This document shows positions 46,695 to 57,942 of a stretch of DNA of 64,000 nucleotides, one piece after another. The notes beneath the pieces are model-generated. The model did no database searches. It worked only from the letters and a program-made list of their open reading frames with translations, and was not told the DNA's origin. Source of the stretch: Ancylonema sp. (Eukaryota); NCBI GenBank assembly GCA_050230475.1, contig JBFLGF010000062.1:1-64000 (forward strand). Reading direction: 5' to 3'. The position numbers were made by a program, and so were the translations under genes. Each line of letters begins with the position of its first letter. Within the stretch, counting starts at the first letter, position 1.

Positions 46695-47110
46695 CGAGGT
46701 CCCCACACTTAGCGCTAGAGCGCTACTAGCTCAGTTTTCCCAATAGCGAGTTCTGTCCCTATAGAGTGGGAGTTGTGTCCCTAGCGGCCGCCTGGCCCCT
46801 AGAGAGTATTCTGGTGTGTCCTTCGCTACGGCAGTAGTGCCGTTAGCCAGACTTGATGTGTCCTTATCATATTAGTGTGAGTTATCCCACTTGTAGTCAT
46901 GGTTCAGACTTCAGCCAGTTCCTATATCTAGTCGAGATAGGAATGCCTTTAGAGCATTCCTATCAACTCTTTTGCACTCCCGATTATTATCACCACCATT
47001 TCCCATCGGTCATACAATCTCATTCATTCGGCATTTCGCCATCTTTCCGCTTGGTGCATATCGCAACTTGCTTGCTAGGGACGCCTTTTGCATCCGTCCC
47101 TAACATAACA

Positions 47111-48442
47111 ATGGCGCATCTCCTCAGCATGGGCGCCATCCCGAAGGCTTTCTCCGGAGCAGACCGCAGCAAATTAGCAGATTCCATCTACGCGCCAGAC
47201 ATCCTGCATTACGGAGACGCCCGAGAACATCAGGCGAAATGACCAAAATTGTCTTCGTGAGGCACACCTCAAGTTGGCACATGACTATCAACCAATCCCA
47301 CCATCTATCAAATGGTGTGGTCCTACATTTTAAGGTGCATATGAACTACCTCGTACCATCATTTCCACGCAACCAGCTTCTGAGGCTCGTGGCCTGCACA
47401 TCTACATCCCCTTCGGCAACTTGGAGATTGTGGAGATATGTCTGGAGGGAGGCTCCATTGTTTCCAACGTCACGCCGCAGACGGACTGCATCCACACCAA
47501 AAACCGCTACCTTCAAAAGCTGCGACAACTTCAACTCCGATTTCCAGACCAGCTGCCGAACTCTGCGATCGAGCACTGTGATGAAATTCTGTCTACCAGC
47601 GTCACCGACACGACAACATAGTAGATGGACGCACTTTTCCGTCAAAAAGGCCCCTTCGACGTAGTCGGTGGTAACTATCACACAGAGGTGGATCGCACCT
47701 ACAACCCTCTACGTGGCGGTCAAGACCATCGCCTCGCTCCACTCCTCGTTGTCATCAAATGGATGCACTACAGCGCGCGACTCGCACAATTCTACCCGGT
47801 GCACATTTTCTACACCCACATCGGCACACCCGAGTACCCTCCTTGGGTGGACGCCCTGTACCACGTGGCGCGTGCATTCCTTGGCAACGCTGCAAATCTC
47901 CAACCACTCCAGTTCCAAGGCCACGTACATCGCCCAACCCAGGTGTGGACCAACTGCATCACACCACGCGAGCTGGAACTTGCGCAACCCCACAAGATAT
48001 GGCAGACCCGGGAGCCTCTGCAGAACCTTCTGCAACCGGGGCACACAGCTCAGATCTTGACACTTCCCGACCCGGTGAACCATCACCGCATGGGCAACCG
48101 CTTGGCTATTTTTCCCACTCTGAGTCCTTACCTCCGGACAACCAACTATACGTTGCGCTCGGATGGACGACCCGGCATCGGTATGCTGTTCGATGCACCA
48201 TCTCAGTAGTACGTGCCACCTTCTCCATTCGAGATCGAGCAAGCTCTTGGACGACCTGTGGGATACACAGCACATGGCCGCATCACCGACGCCATGCGCG
48301 CTGCTCATCTGGGCCACATGATGGACGGACGACTCATCATGTTCCTGGAGGAAATCCTCCAGGGCACCAAACCATAGGAATCACCCCTCACCTCGGAACA
48401 CAGGTATTTACCACCCTCGACTCTGGGGGGGAGGGACACTAG
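47111..48442 (+). pseudogene. divergent, catalytically dead DNMT-like ORF of element B
   Basis: Colinear with the element A DNMT: GLHIYIPFGN/GLHVWEPFGG, RFPDQLPNSAI/RYPGLLPTSAI, QKGPFDVVGG/QRGPIDFIFAG, AFLG...HRPTQVWTN/SFLG...HRVRCLWTN, RPGIGMLFD/EPGPGMLYN, LGHMMD/LGITMD; a few stops. Confidence 0.8.
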
Positions 48443-49260
48443 ATCCTCTGGTCAACAATTTTCAACCAATCCTGTCAAACCACACGGACGGAACAAATCC
48501 AAATCCAAAGTCCAAAGTCAAAACCAAACTACGGGCACACCCACTACAGTCAAAAGTCAACAAAAAAATATAGGACCTAACATGGTATCGAAACCCGGTC
48601 CACGACCACGGTCCTCAAATTCAGCTAAACCAACCGAATTAAGGCCTAACAACTCAACGGTCAAACTTGATCTTTCTGGTCCACGACATTCTCGTCTCCG
48701 GTCCGTACCTAGTCAACAAAGTAACACTCGGAATCAGTCTACAACCATCCCGGACCTACCAAACATCACTTGGATATCAAACAAACCAAGACGACAATCT
48801 CAACCAACATCTCATGCTGCCTCTTACCACACGAGGAAACACCATAAAAAACAGCATGAAGATTTTTTTGTCATCAACCACACTTTTCAATACCAACCAT
48901 CGGAACCTACTTCAGTACCACCTGTACAACTACATTTTTCTTTATCACCATATTCTACCTCGCGATCCACACTCTCGGATTCTCTCAGCATACCCGATAG
49001 TCTACCCGACTTGCTAGAAGTACCATCTTTTCCTGATTATGAACATACCGTTTATACATATTTGGATGATTCTAACATTCCTACCTATACTCAGGGATGT
49101 ACACTTGACCGTGATGCATTGTTCGCATTATTAAGCACAAGGTGACCTACCACTGCTGATCATCCCAGTTCTGCAACTCAACCACGGCATACTTTTGTCA
49201 CATTCTTATACAATCTCGTCTGCTGCTGTTTCCCAGCTCCTTCACAAGCGTTCCACACCT

Positions 49261-49272
49261 GGGGGGGGGGAG
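49261..49272 (+). promoter_or_regulatory. polypurine tract of element B
   Basis: GGGGGGGGGGAG immediately before the TG of repeat B1. Confidence 0.8.
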
Positions 49273-50988
49273 TGAGAGCAGCCGGACCACCGAGTCCACC
49301 TGAGACCCTTCGATCACCTACAAACATCATCTATACCAACCCAGTCGACATCATCACTACACCACCGCGTGCATTACCACATGCATCATTATGAGAAACA
49401 TCCGGGAACAAAGGGAACAAAGTATGAAGAATATAATTTCGGGCGGCCGACTCCAAACAACACGTCACCTGTCATGACGCTAGAGATCGCTACGGCGAAA
49501 CCCCTCTAGATTGATCACGAACCCTTCTGGATTACTACTCTGCTATAACGATAGTATTGCATATAACGATTTTCTAGAACTAGTACTTTACAAGAAAAAT
49601 AGTGAAGTATGAAATTTGTACGACTCGAAAATAACGCGTGGCGTATTTTCCGAAGTCTAGAATCCAACAGTCTTCAACAAATAGCTGCGTGTCAATTTTG
49701 TTAAAATCACAAGTCTCTTTCGACTTGTCGATAATCCCGGCGATTAAATCCACGTAGAACTAGAGGAAATATCTCGCGCCGTTGTCATCGGAGCGCCGAG
49801 ATTAATTGTAATGTTCTAGAAGCCAGCCTGTCGCTATCTTCGGCAGTTTAACTCTAGTTAACTCTGCCGGTTAGCACCGCGCAACAACTTTGTGATAAAA
49901 GACAATTTGTACTTTCAGATCTGCCAGCTTCAGCTGTCAGATTGCGCTGTTAAGAAATCCCTTCCAACAATCTTATGTGTTATCTGAATCCTTGCAATTC
50001 TGTGAATATTGCATCCCTTCGCTTACGCGACTTCGCAACGTCTCGTTTCCGTCTCCTGACATCCGTCAGTAGCCAGACGGTAAGTTTGCAAATCATTATT
50101 TGCAATCTGTGTGTGTGTGTATTTGATCTGATTCATTTGAATGTGTTGCTGACGCTCTTTTTAAGCCAGCTTGTTAATCGACTGTAATATCTTACATCGA
50201 TTCGCTGACTCTCTCTCTCTAAGCCAACAAGCGTGCGTGTGTGTGTAAAGCATCTGTCGATTTGCCCGCGTTCGCTCCGAACCGGCAATTTCATTTGTGT
50301 GTGTGTGTGTGTTTGATGTCGCTCGCTCCGAGCCAGCATTTGTTGTTAACACCTGTCTGTTGACGCTCTTTATGAGCCAACATCTTTTATCGACGCGCCA
50401 TCGATACTTTGCTTTCGCACCGAAAGTAACTCTTACGGATGCTAACCTTGATAGTCTGTACCAGACTATCTTGATTTCTTCATAGTGTTTTCACAGACTT
50501 TTGTACTATAAACCATATGTTAGCTCGCCTTCGGCGTTAAGTAGTGAATTTCACCAGACCGCTGAGACGTGTGATAAATATAATATTGATATCTCACCAC
50601 AGACTCAATCTGCAATACTACTTAGTGAGAGCAGCCGGACCACCAAGTCCACCTGAGACCCTTCGATCACCTACGAACATCATCGATATCAACCCAGTCG
50701 ATATCATCACTACACCACCGCGTGCACTACCACATGCATCATTATGAGAAACATCCGGGAACAAATGGAACAAAGTATGAAGAATATAATTCCGGGCGGC
50801 CGACTCCAAACAACACGTCACATCATCGTCCTCAGAAGAATGTCATAAAGCAAGATTGGGTTCCTGCATGAAAGTATCTACTGAAGTATATGTCACTCTT
50901 GTCGTCATGTATTGACATTAAATACTTGCAGCATGTGGTATACTGTATCAAACTGGTATCGATTCTTTCTTGTGTCCTCCGAGATCCC

Positions 50989-52421
50989 TGTCATGCCGCT
51001 AGAGATCGTTAGAAAGCAAAGTCTTTTTAATTGTCGATCCGCTTGAAAAATAGCAATTTTGGTAATTGTCGATTTTTAGTCGTTATGTTAGTCGTTATAT
51101 TGAACTCTGTCGTTATATGAGTTTCAATCAGTCAGACGTTTGATTTGATAAAAAATTTATACTCAGTCAATCTAGAAAAATCGATGTACCACTTTTTAGA
51201 TTTTAATTCGGAGTATTCGAGTTAGTAGATTCCCAGTGCGCGAGCTTTATTTCAGTCAGCCAGCCTGGCGTTTGAACCGCCGCACGTGTTAAATCTATAA
51301 CTCTAGACTAGACAGTCACGATTGGTTGTCTACTCCGATATTTTTTTTCAACCATAGATCAAGATAAGGATCTAGATTACCGCGCGTGTGAAACGGCGCG
51401 TCGATTGTACTAAAGCCTAAGTCGCTTTCTAAACTGCCAGCTTCCGCTGTCAGTTTACGCTGTTTGAATCACAACAACTCTTTGCAATCGCCATCTTTGC
51501 AATCTTTGTGAATTCGTGTATTCTGCAATCGTCAACAATCGTTATCAAGTGTGCCGTTTCGCCATTGATACTTTGTCTCTGATTTTTGCAAACTTCGCGT
51601 CGCTCCATCCAGCCGTAAGTTCTGCGAAATTGCCTGTTTGCTTGTGCGTCGCATCTCAAGTAGTACAAAAATTCGTGTGCCGTTTTGCATACGCATCGTG
51701 TGAAATTCTGCCGCAGTCATAATTATCGTTACCCTTGCAAAATTTTGACCCTTGCAAGTCGTTGATTGTCAGCCGTTTCGCTGACTTCAGAAATCGTTAC
51801 AATTAGCTGCACCGTTTCGTGCGAGCTCAGTCAAACAATTCACCCTTTGAATTGCCTGCACCCGTTCCAGATCTAGTGAATCGTTTTATTCACGACAACG
51901 TTTGATTCCCGAAACCAATAGTGAGTGCGCACCCCGTCGCAACTAACTATCATTCATTATGCACCCTTGTATAAATTCTATAGCTATTTGCCTTGCGTTC
52001 TTTTTAATCGTAGCTGTCACCTGTTGTGAAGTACGATAACCTGCAACGCTTGATTAACCATAGTGTTTTTTATAGAATTCCCACCACTAAGCGTTGAGTG
52101 CATCTCAGATTTCGGCGAGTAGTAGCTACGGCAAACTTCGTTGATAAGTCATATACCGTGCTTGAATTACATTCTTGTGTGGTCAGTAGGGATTCAACCT
52201 ACACCAAACTACTCTAGTGAGATCCAGATGATGACCGTAGGCCCAATCCTGAATCTCCTCATCCAGACACGCAGCCAAGTCATCAACCAACAACCGTCAC
52301 TTTCATCGACGCAGAAAAATATAGAAAGTCAAGTTTTGCAGATTTTTCCAAAATCTGTCGATATCTTTATTTTTGAGAGATTTCGTCGACAGGTTGTCTG
52401 CCGACTCCATCTCGCACGTCA
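50989..52421 (+). mobile_element. element C: solo A+B terminal repeat of a related family; TSD TCCC
   Basis: TGTCATGCCGCTAGAGAT...GCACGTCA with TCCC on both sides; internal A/B junction ACTACTCT-AGTGAGA (~52217). Removing it restores the host frame RVDW-DLGGHKK. Confidence 0.88.
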
Positions 52422-53700
52422 TCCCAGTCCACCCGGTAATGAAATTCTTGAATCCAAGGGTCAGTGATTCCTCCGATGGGTGCGAAGAATGTGGTGCCAA
52501 GAAGTACGTCGAATTTGTCAGATGGTGAGAGATGTTGTTTGGTCTGTACATAAGTCTGGTTATGTCCTTCTCCGATTGTAATAGTACATTTCTTTTTGGT
52601 TGTGCCCAATGATTGATGACTTTTGCCTTTAGAAATAATATATTCAATGCCTTGTTCCAAGTCAGTTGATGTGAGACCCAATTGTTTGGTAAACCTGGAC
52701 CCAATCATGACATTCTTTGCTCCTAAATCATAGATGAGAATTGTTGGTGGTTCCCCTCCAATGGTGATGATCCCTTTAGAATTGTCAGTTTTTGGTACAT
52801 GCCAATTGGTTGCCAGTCGTGCGTCACATGGTATTACTCGTGGTTTGTTGGTTTGTGGTCCTGCAACAGATAGAGCAGGGTTTGGGTTTGGCATAGGTGC
52901 CTGTGGTGGATATGTATGAGGTGGTGGTACATCCCCATGTGGTGAATCCAGTAGTAAATTTCTGCGATGAGGACAATTTGACATAGTGTGTCCTTTTTGT
53001 CCACAAAAAAAACATTGTACCTCTCGCATGGTAGTATCATAATGGTGGTTGTGGTCCTGGTCCCGATAGTCGTATTCTGGTAGTGTCGTACTTCTTGTTG
53101 GAAGAAGTTCACATTCTGTCTCGTGGTCTGAAGTTCTTCTGACCTCGTTGTTGTTGTGAGGCGTAGCAGTCCAATTGAGTGATGTAGATGTGCTCATTCG
53201 CTCGATGATTGTTTGCACCACTCGTTCTAGCTGGGTGTCAAAAATGTGGATGGCGAGGTCTGGTGTAGTTTCGTCCATTGGCATCGCTGAGTAGGAGACT
53301 GCGTTGATTTCAGCAGTAGCGGTGTCGATGATGTCGTTGATGTTTCGTGTAACCATGTTGTCTTTCCATTGTTGCTCATCTGTGTGTAGCTGTACTGCGA
53401 GATGATTTGGAAACACTTGCTCCCATTCCTGTAGTCGATACTTGCATTAAATTTGAACATGGTCCATGATTGTTTCCTGTACCTTTGGTGCAAAGGCTTG
53501 GATGACCGTAGTGTGGGTCTCAATCTGTTCCGCTATCTGTCCAAGTCTGAAGTATCGGAAGTCGGAACTGATGTTGGTTGCTTTCTCACTCATGTCTTTC
53601 TATTAGTATATATCATTGAGTTTGGATTCTGCTACCGAAGCTTGTTGTTGAAGAAGTGTATTACTCGTTGCTTGGTTGACAGCACTGATCATTGAAGAAA
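52422..53700 (-). pseudogene. gag (zinc knuckle)-aspartic protease region of element A
   Basis: ORF 52367-53416: CFFCGQKGHTMSNC, ILIYDLGAKNVMIG, FDVLLGTTF. Confidence 0.85.
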
Positions 53701-53781
53701 CTGGTAAAATAAAAAATGGTCAAATTCTGGTAATAAAATGACTTTCTGCGATAAAAAGTCTTCCGCTGGTGTGATTGAAGT

Positions 53782-54956
53782 TGGGTTGCAAAAAGAGTCT
53801 CTGCTGAGAATTAGGTGTTCCGCTAGTTCTATCACACTTTCTCGTGCGTGAATGTGTGGAACACTACTTGACGCCGAGGGCGAGTCGACAATTACTATCA
53901 ACAATAGAAAGTCTAGACAGGATGATTGATGGTAAACAGAATATTCTGGTGTCGAATATTAGGGTCGACAACCGAAAGGTAAACTTCCGAGTAGAAAGTT
54001 CGGCTGTCAAACGGTGCGGTGAGAGATGATAATTGATGGATGTGATGTGCTGGTTCAGTTAGAACGTCAGCAAGTGGTTGCGCGTCGTTATCGTACTAAC
54101 TCAGTACGAGCGTAAGTGAATCGACGTAAATCGACAAGAGTAGTTCTCGCTCAGTAAGAGCGTCAGCAACGTGGTATATGATTATGGCTGGCTCCGTAAG
54201 AGCGTCAGCACAAAGATGTGATGGTAAACAACAAGTTTACACGCTGGCTCAGTGAGAGCGTCAGCGAAACAACACAAGTAATGACAGGAAGTTGAAGTTG
54301 CGAAGGTCACTTCGGTCAACTTACAGAATTCGTCGACGGTAGTCGCACGAGAAATCGTAGACAAGACACGAAGATAAGGGCAAGAACTAGCGTCAGCCAC
54401 GAGTTGCAAAATTCAGATAACATAATTGACAAGATTTCTGAGAAAATATCTTGAAAGTTTCTTGACGGCGCAATCTGACAGCGGAAGCTGGCGGATCTGT
54501 ACAATGAAAAATGTATGTATGCTACGATCGTCAAATCGTAAAACTAACTAGAGTTAATCGACATGGTTAATCGACAGGCTATACTCTAGAAAGTTCTATT
54601 TAATCTTGGCGCTACAAATATAGACGTCAAGTATTCTACGGCTGGATTTTATCGCCGAGATAATATCGACAAGTCAGAAAATATCATCGTCGATAACAAA
54701 ATTGCGCAGAGCGCTGAAAAGTCGACACGCACTCTTAATTGTACGACTCCTGGATATTACAGTCGGAAAATTTGCCACGCGTTATTTTCGAGTTTACAAA
54801 AAGTTGTTAGATTTTGCGGAGTACTGATTCTAACTTCACACCAAATCATGAAATCGCTATATCGAATCTGTTTGCTTATAACAAGGTATTTTACTAGAAA
54901 GGACTGGATATTATTACAAAGGGATTTTACCCTTAACAATCTCTAGCGTCATGACA
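53782..54956 (-). repeat. 5' terminal repeat (A part only) of element A
   Basis: Shares the start TGTCATGACGCTAGAGAT, GCCAGCTTCCGCTGTCAGATTG, GCTGACGCTCT motifs and the end CTCAGCAGAGACTC...ACTTCAATC with A1 of element B. Confidence 0.85.
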
Positions 54957-55266
54957 CCGAGTTGGGCCGTTTGGTTGCAATCATGCCTCTACCCATGGCC
55001 GTCCATGCCTGTAGAGTCGTGCAATGTCAATGACGAGTATATATTCGTAGAGAGTGGGGCTCAAGAAACGTCGGCGGGATATTATAATATGGATAAAGTC
55101 AACAAATACATGAAGTTCCTGTTGTGTCTTACTCATATCGATCGTGTACGGCTACACGTGCCAACGCTATACTGTAGAATCACACCGTACAACTGTCTTA
55201 TAACAAGGGCCCCAAGTGCCGCAAAAACAACCCAATAACCGTGCCCTCTCCCTATACACACTTCGT

Positions 55267-55640
55267 ACAGTGCTCCCTCGATATAAGGACCCACTTTATA
55301 AGGATACCTCGATACAAGGATATATTTTTGCAATTTTTGTAATTAATTACAAAATCGCCCTCGATATTAGCACTCCGTATAAAGACAAATTATTTCAAAA
55401 ATTTGTCACTAAATGTCCATTTACTGTGTACAGAACGTTGTTTCTCGCATACAATGATGTAAGGAAACCTTTAAAAATATAGGTCCCCAAAGTTACATCA
55501 ATCGTCGATGCATGTGGTGAAATTATGGGTGCAAACTACTATTCATTTTTTTTTTCATGCAACTCAGGGTCGAATCATGTCGATATTAGTATGTGTGTCC
55601 GTTTGTTATGCCGTATTGAAAGTTGTCGATGACAAATCTT
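55267..55640 (+). mobile_element. pogo/Tigger-like non-autonomous DNA transposon fragment
   Basis: TACAGTGCTCCCTCGATATAAGG terminus; homologous to 20380-20776 (inverted). Confidence 0.6.
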
Positions 55641-57942
55641 GTAGTCTATTTCAAATCACGAAAATGTACACATATATTTGGATGAATCTGGTTTGTTAGA
55701 ATATATACGAATTGTTTATTTTGTTTGTGGTTCACAATTTGTAACTATTTTGTAGTTCTCTTCATGACAAGTATTGGTTTGTCTTGCCTTTTAACACTTG
55801 TCCATGTTGTTTATCACCATAGTGTTTACTCCTTGTCATTGGAATAATATCCGGACCGGACCGGACAAGTTAATAATGTACACGTCATATTTTGGGGTGT
55901 AATCTCGAAATTGGGCGGAAGTTTTCATATTTGATTTGAGAGGTAATTTATTTGCTCACCGTTGAACTGAACACATTTCAATAGTAAAATCCGGGTATTT
56001 TTTGGTCACTGGAACGTGTGTCACTAATGTAAGGATTGCCACTACATAGAGCGAGTTTTTATATAGGATTAGGAAAAGGGCAAAAATATGTTACGCTATC
56101 GAAGTTGCCACCGTACTAAAACCCCGATATAACAAACCCAAAAATGTTGGGAAAAGTTTATTACATCGAATACTTCTTATACTGTGTATAAAAATTTATA
56201 CGGGAGACCTCGCGAAGATGTTTCTTATAACGAGGGCAGGATATGTGGACCCATGGCGTCTTATCTTCGATCGTGCGATAATATTTGTTGTACATGTGGA
56301 CGTGCAATACCTGAATCGGAGGACTTGAGAATATTTATTGATTATATTGCACTCACGTTCTACGCGTAATTATTGATTACAAGCGATTGCGATAATTTAA
56401 GTGAGGAAATGAATATACATAATATATGAGTATGAACCGATGAAGGTTATTCATCTAGGAAATAATAATTAGAGGGGTTTTACTCCGCATAAGAAACCCG
56501 TAATACTAAAAATCGAATTGTTTCTTCTATCGGAGTTTTTTATGCTACTATCGGGGGAGTTTTATGTGGGGGGAAATTATGTTGAGAACAAAGTTATTTT
56601 TAGTCAGGAAATTCCTACACCGAAGTTTCTTATATCGAGACTTGAGTGTATCAAGGGTTTACTTGTGAAACCAAGCACGTTGACACACGTTGACAGGTGC
56701 ACATACCGTACTAGGCACCCTAAATGATTTCTGTTTTTCCAAAATTAATTATTTTCGTAACAATTTTTCAAAATGATCCCGGGATCCCGTTAGTTATAAT
56801 CGATGATTTCTGGTAATGATTCCATGAATCCGTTAGTTATTATCAATGATTTTCGGGGATGAGTCCGGATTGTAGGAATAAAAAGCGTAAAATATTTCCT
56901 TATTTAGGAATTAAAAATCAAACGATTTGTCTTTATGTAGGTCATTCTTGCATATTTACCGTACATTTTTACATCACAACTGCACGTGGTAAGCACTCGT
57001 ACTAGTCGAGATATCTCGACCGGCCACAATTTTGTCGTTATGTATGGTCTTAATTTGTCGTGTAGCGCGTCAAGTCGGTAATATTTCCCATATCGTGGGA
57101 GTTTTGGGCCCGGTACGTAGTTTCTGACGTCGTAAATGTCGCTCGTCCAAAAATGTGTCCTTTTGCACGTGCCTACTTTGTCGTGTACCCCGTTTTCATC
57201 ACATCTAGAGTTCACATCCAGGTGACCCCGAATTTTCCGTAAATGATTCCTATTAATGATTTTTATTAATGATTTTGAGTAATTTCCTTTTTAGTAATTA
57301 ATTTAAATGATTACTTTCTGGTTTCAATAATGAATTAAAAATCATTTACGGTGCCCAGTACGGTGGACACGTGGAAAGACTCCGCAAAACGAGTGGAAGC
57401 CAAAAACGATTGGAGGCCACGGCAAGGACCCGCGGAAACTCGAACCGTACTTGTACGACGGACTGACATTGTCGGTGGTGGACGGCCATGCCGTAATTTA
57501 GCCGTAATTTAGGAATTTAGCCGGCCCAAAGTTCGCCATGCCCCTGGGAGCGAAATTCCAGCCGGCCCCTGCGACTGCCACTTGTGTGCAGTGGTGGAGG
57601 GAATTGTGAGGACCGTGGCTTGCATGGCCATCGGGTCACCTTCTTTGGGCATCGTGCAGAGTTTTTTTCATGCGAATCGCGGAGCTCTGGAGTTGGTTAA
57701 ACGCATACCTTTTCCGCTATTGAGCCATTTATTTTGTCTTCACTACAAAACGCATCACTCTGCACCTATCTACGATCCAGACGGACTTCAAAATTCTGGA
57801 CCCCATCTTAAATCCCATGATCGCAATGACCTGTGATACAATTTCCAAACATTGCTTAATTGTAAAAAATAATCAAATTTTCCGGGAAATCCAGTAATTT
57901 GGTGTACGCCCTCGTCTCGACGCCCTTCAACTTTCATGTGCC

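Larger units (their letters stand above)
42040..50820 (+). mobile_element. element B: complete non-autonomous retroelement with split direct repeats A1(42040-43186)...PPT-B1(49271-49467)-cc-A2(49470-50624)-B2(50624-50820); TSD CATC
   Basis: Starts TGTCATG and ends CACGTCA; CATC flanks both sides (42036-42039, 50821-50824). A1/A2 and B1/B2 are direct repeats. Contains gag and DNMT-like remnants but no RT or integrase. Confidence 0.92.
38690..54956 (-). mobile_element. element A: decayed, 3'-truncated Ty3/gypsy retrotransposon (gag-PR-DNMT-RT-RH) carrying two nested insertions
   Basis: 5' end TGTCATGACGCTAGAGAT at 54956 (minus). Motifs: CCHC knuckle CFFCGQKGHTMSNC, protease YDLGA, DNMT, gypsy-type RT and RNase H. 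Integrase core and 3' repeats are not found. Confidence 0.92.

Noticed and set aside
49271..50820. B1-A2-B2 as an independent small LTR element (TRIM) with 197-bp LTRs
   Set aside because: No TSD flanks B1..B2, the PPT lies outside it (before B1), and the CATC TSD encloses A1 through B2.
38690..54956. DIRS/PAT tyrosine-recombinase element
   Set aside because: RT/RNase H motifs and an aspartic protease are gypsy-type, TSDs are present on the related inserts, and no YR motifs are seen. The integrase region is deleted here, so this is not fully excluded.
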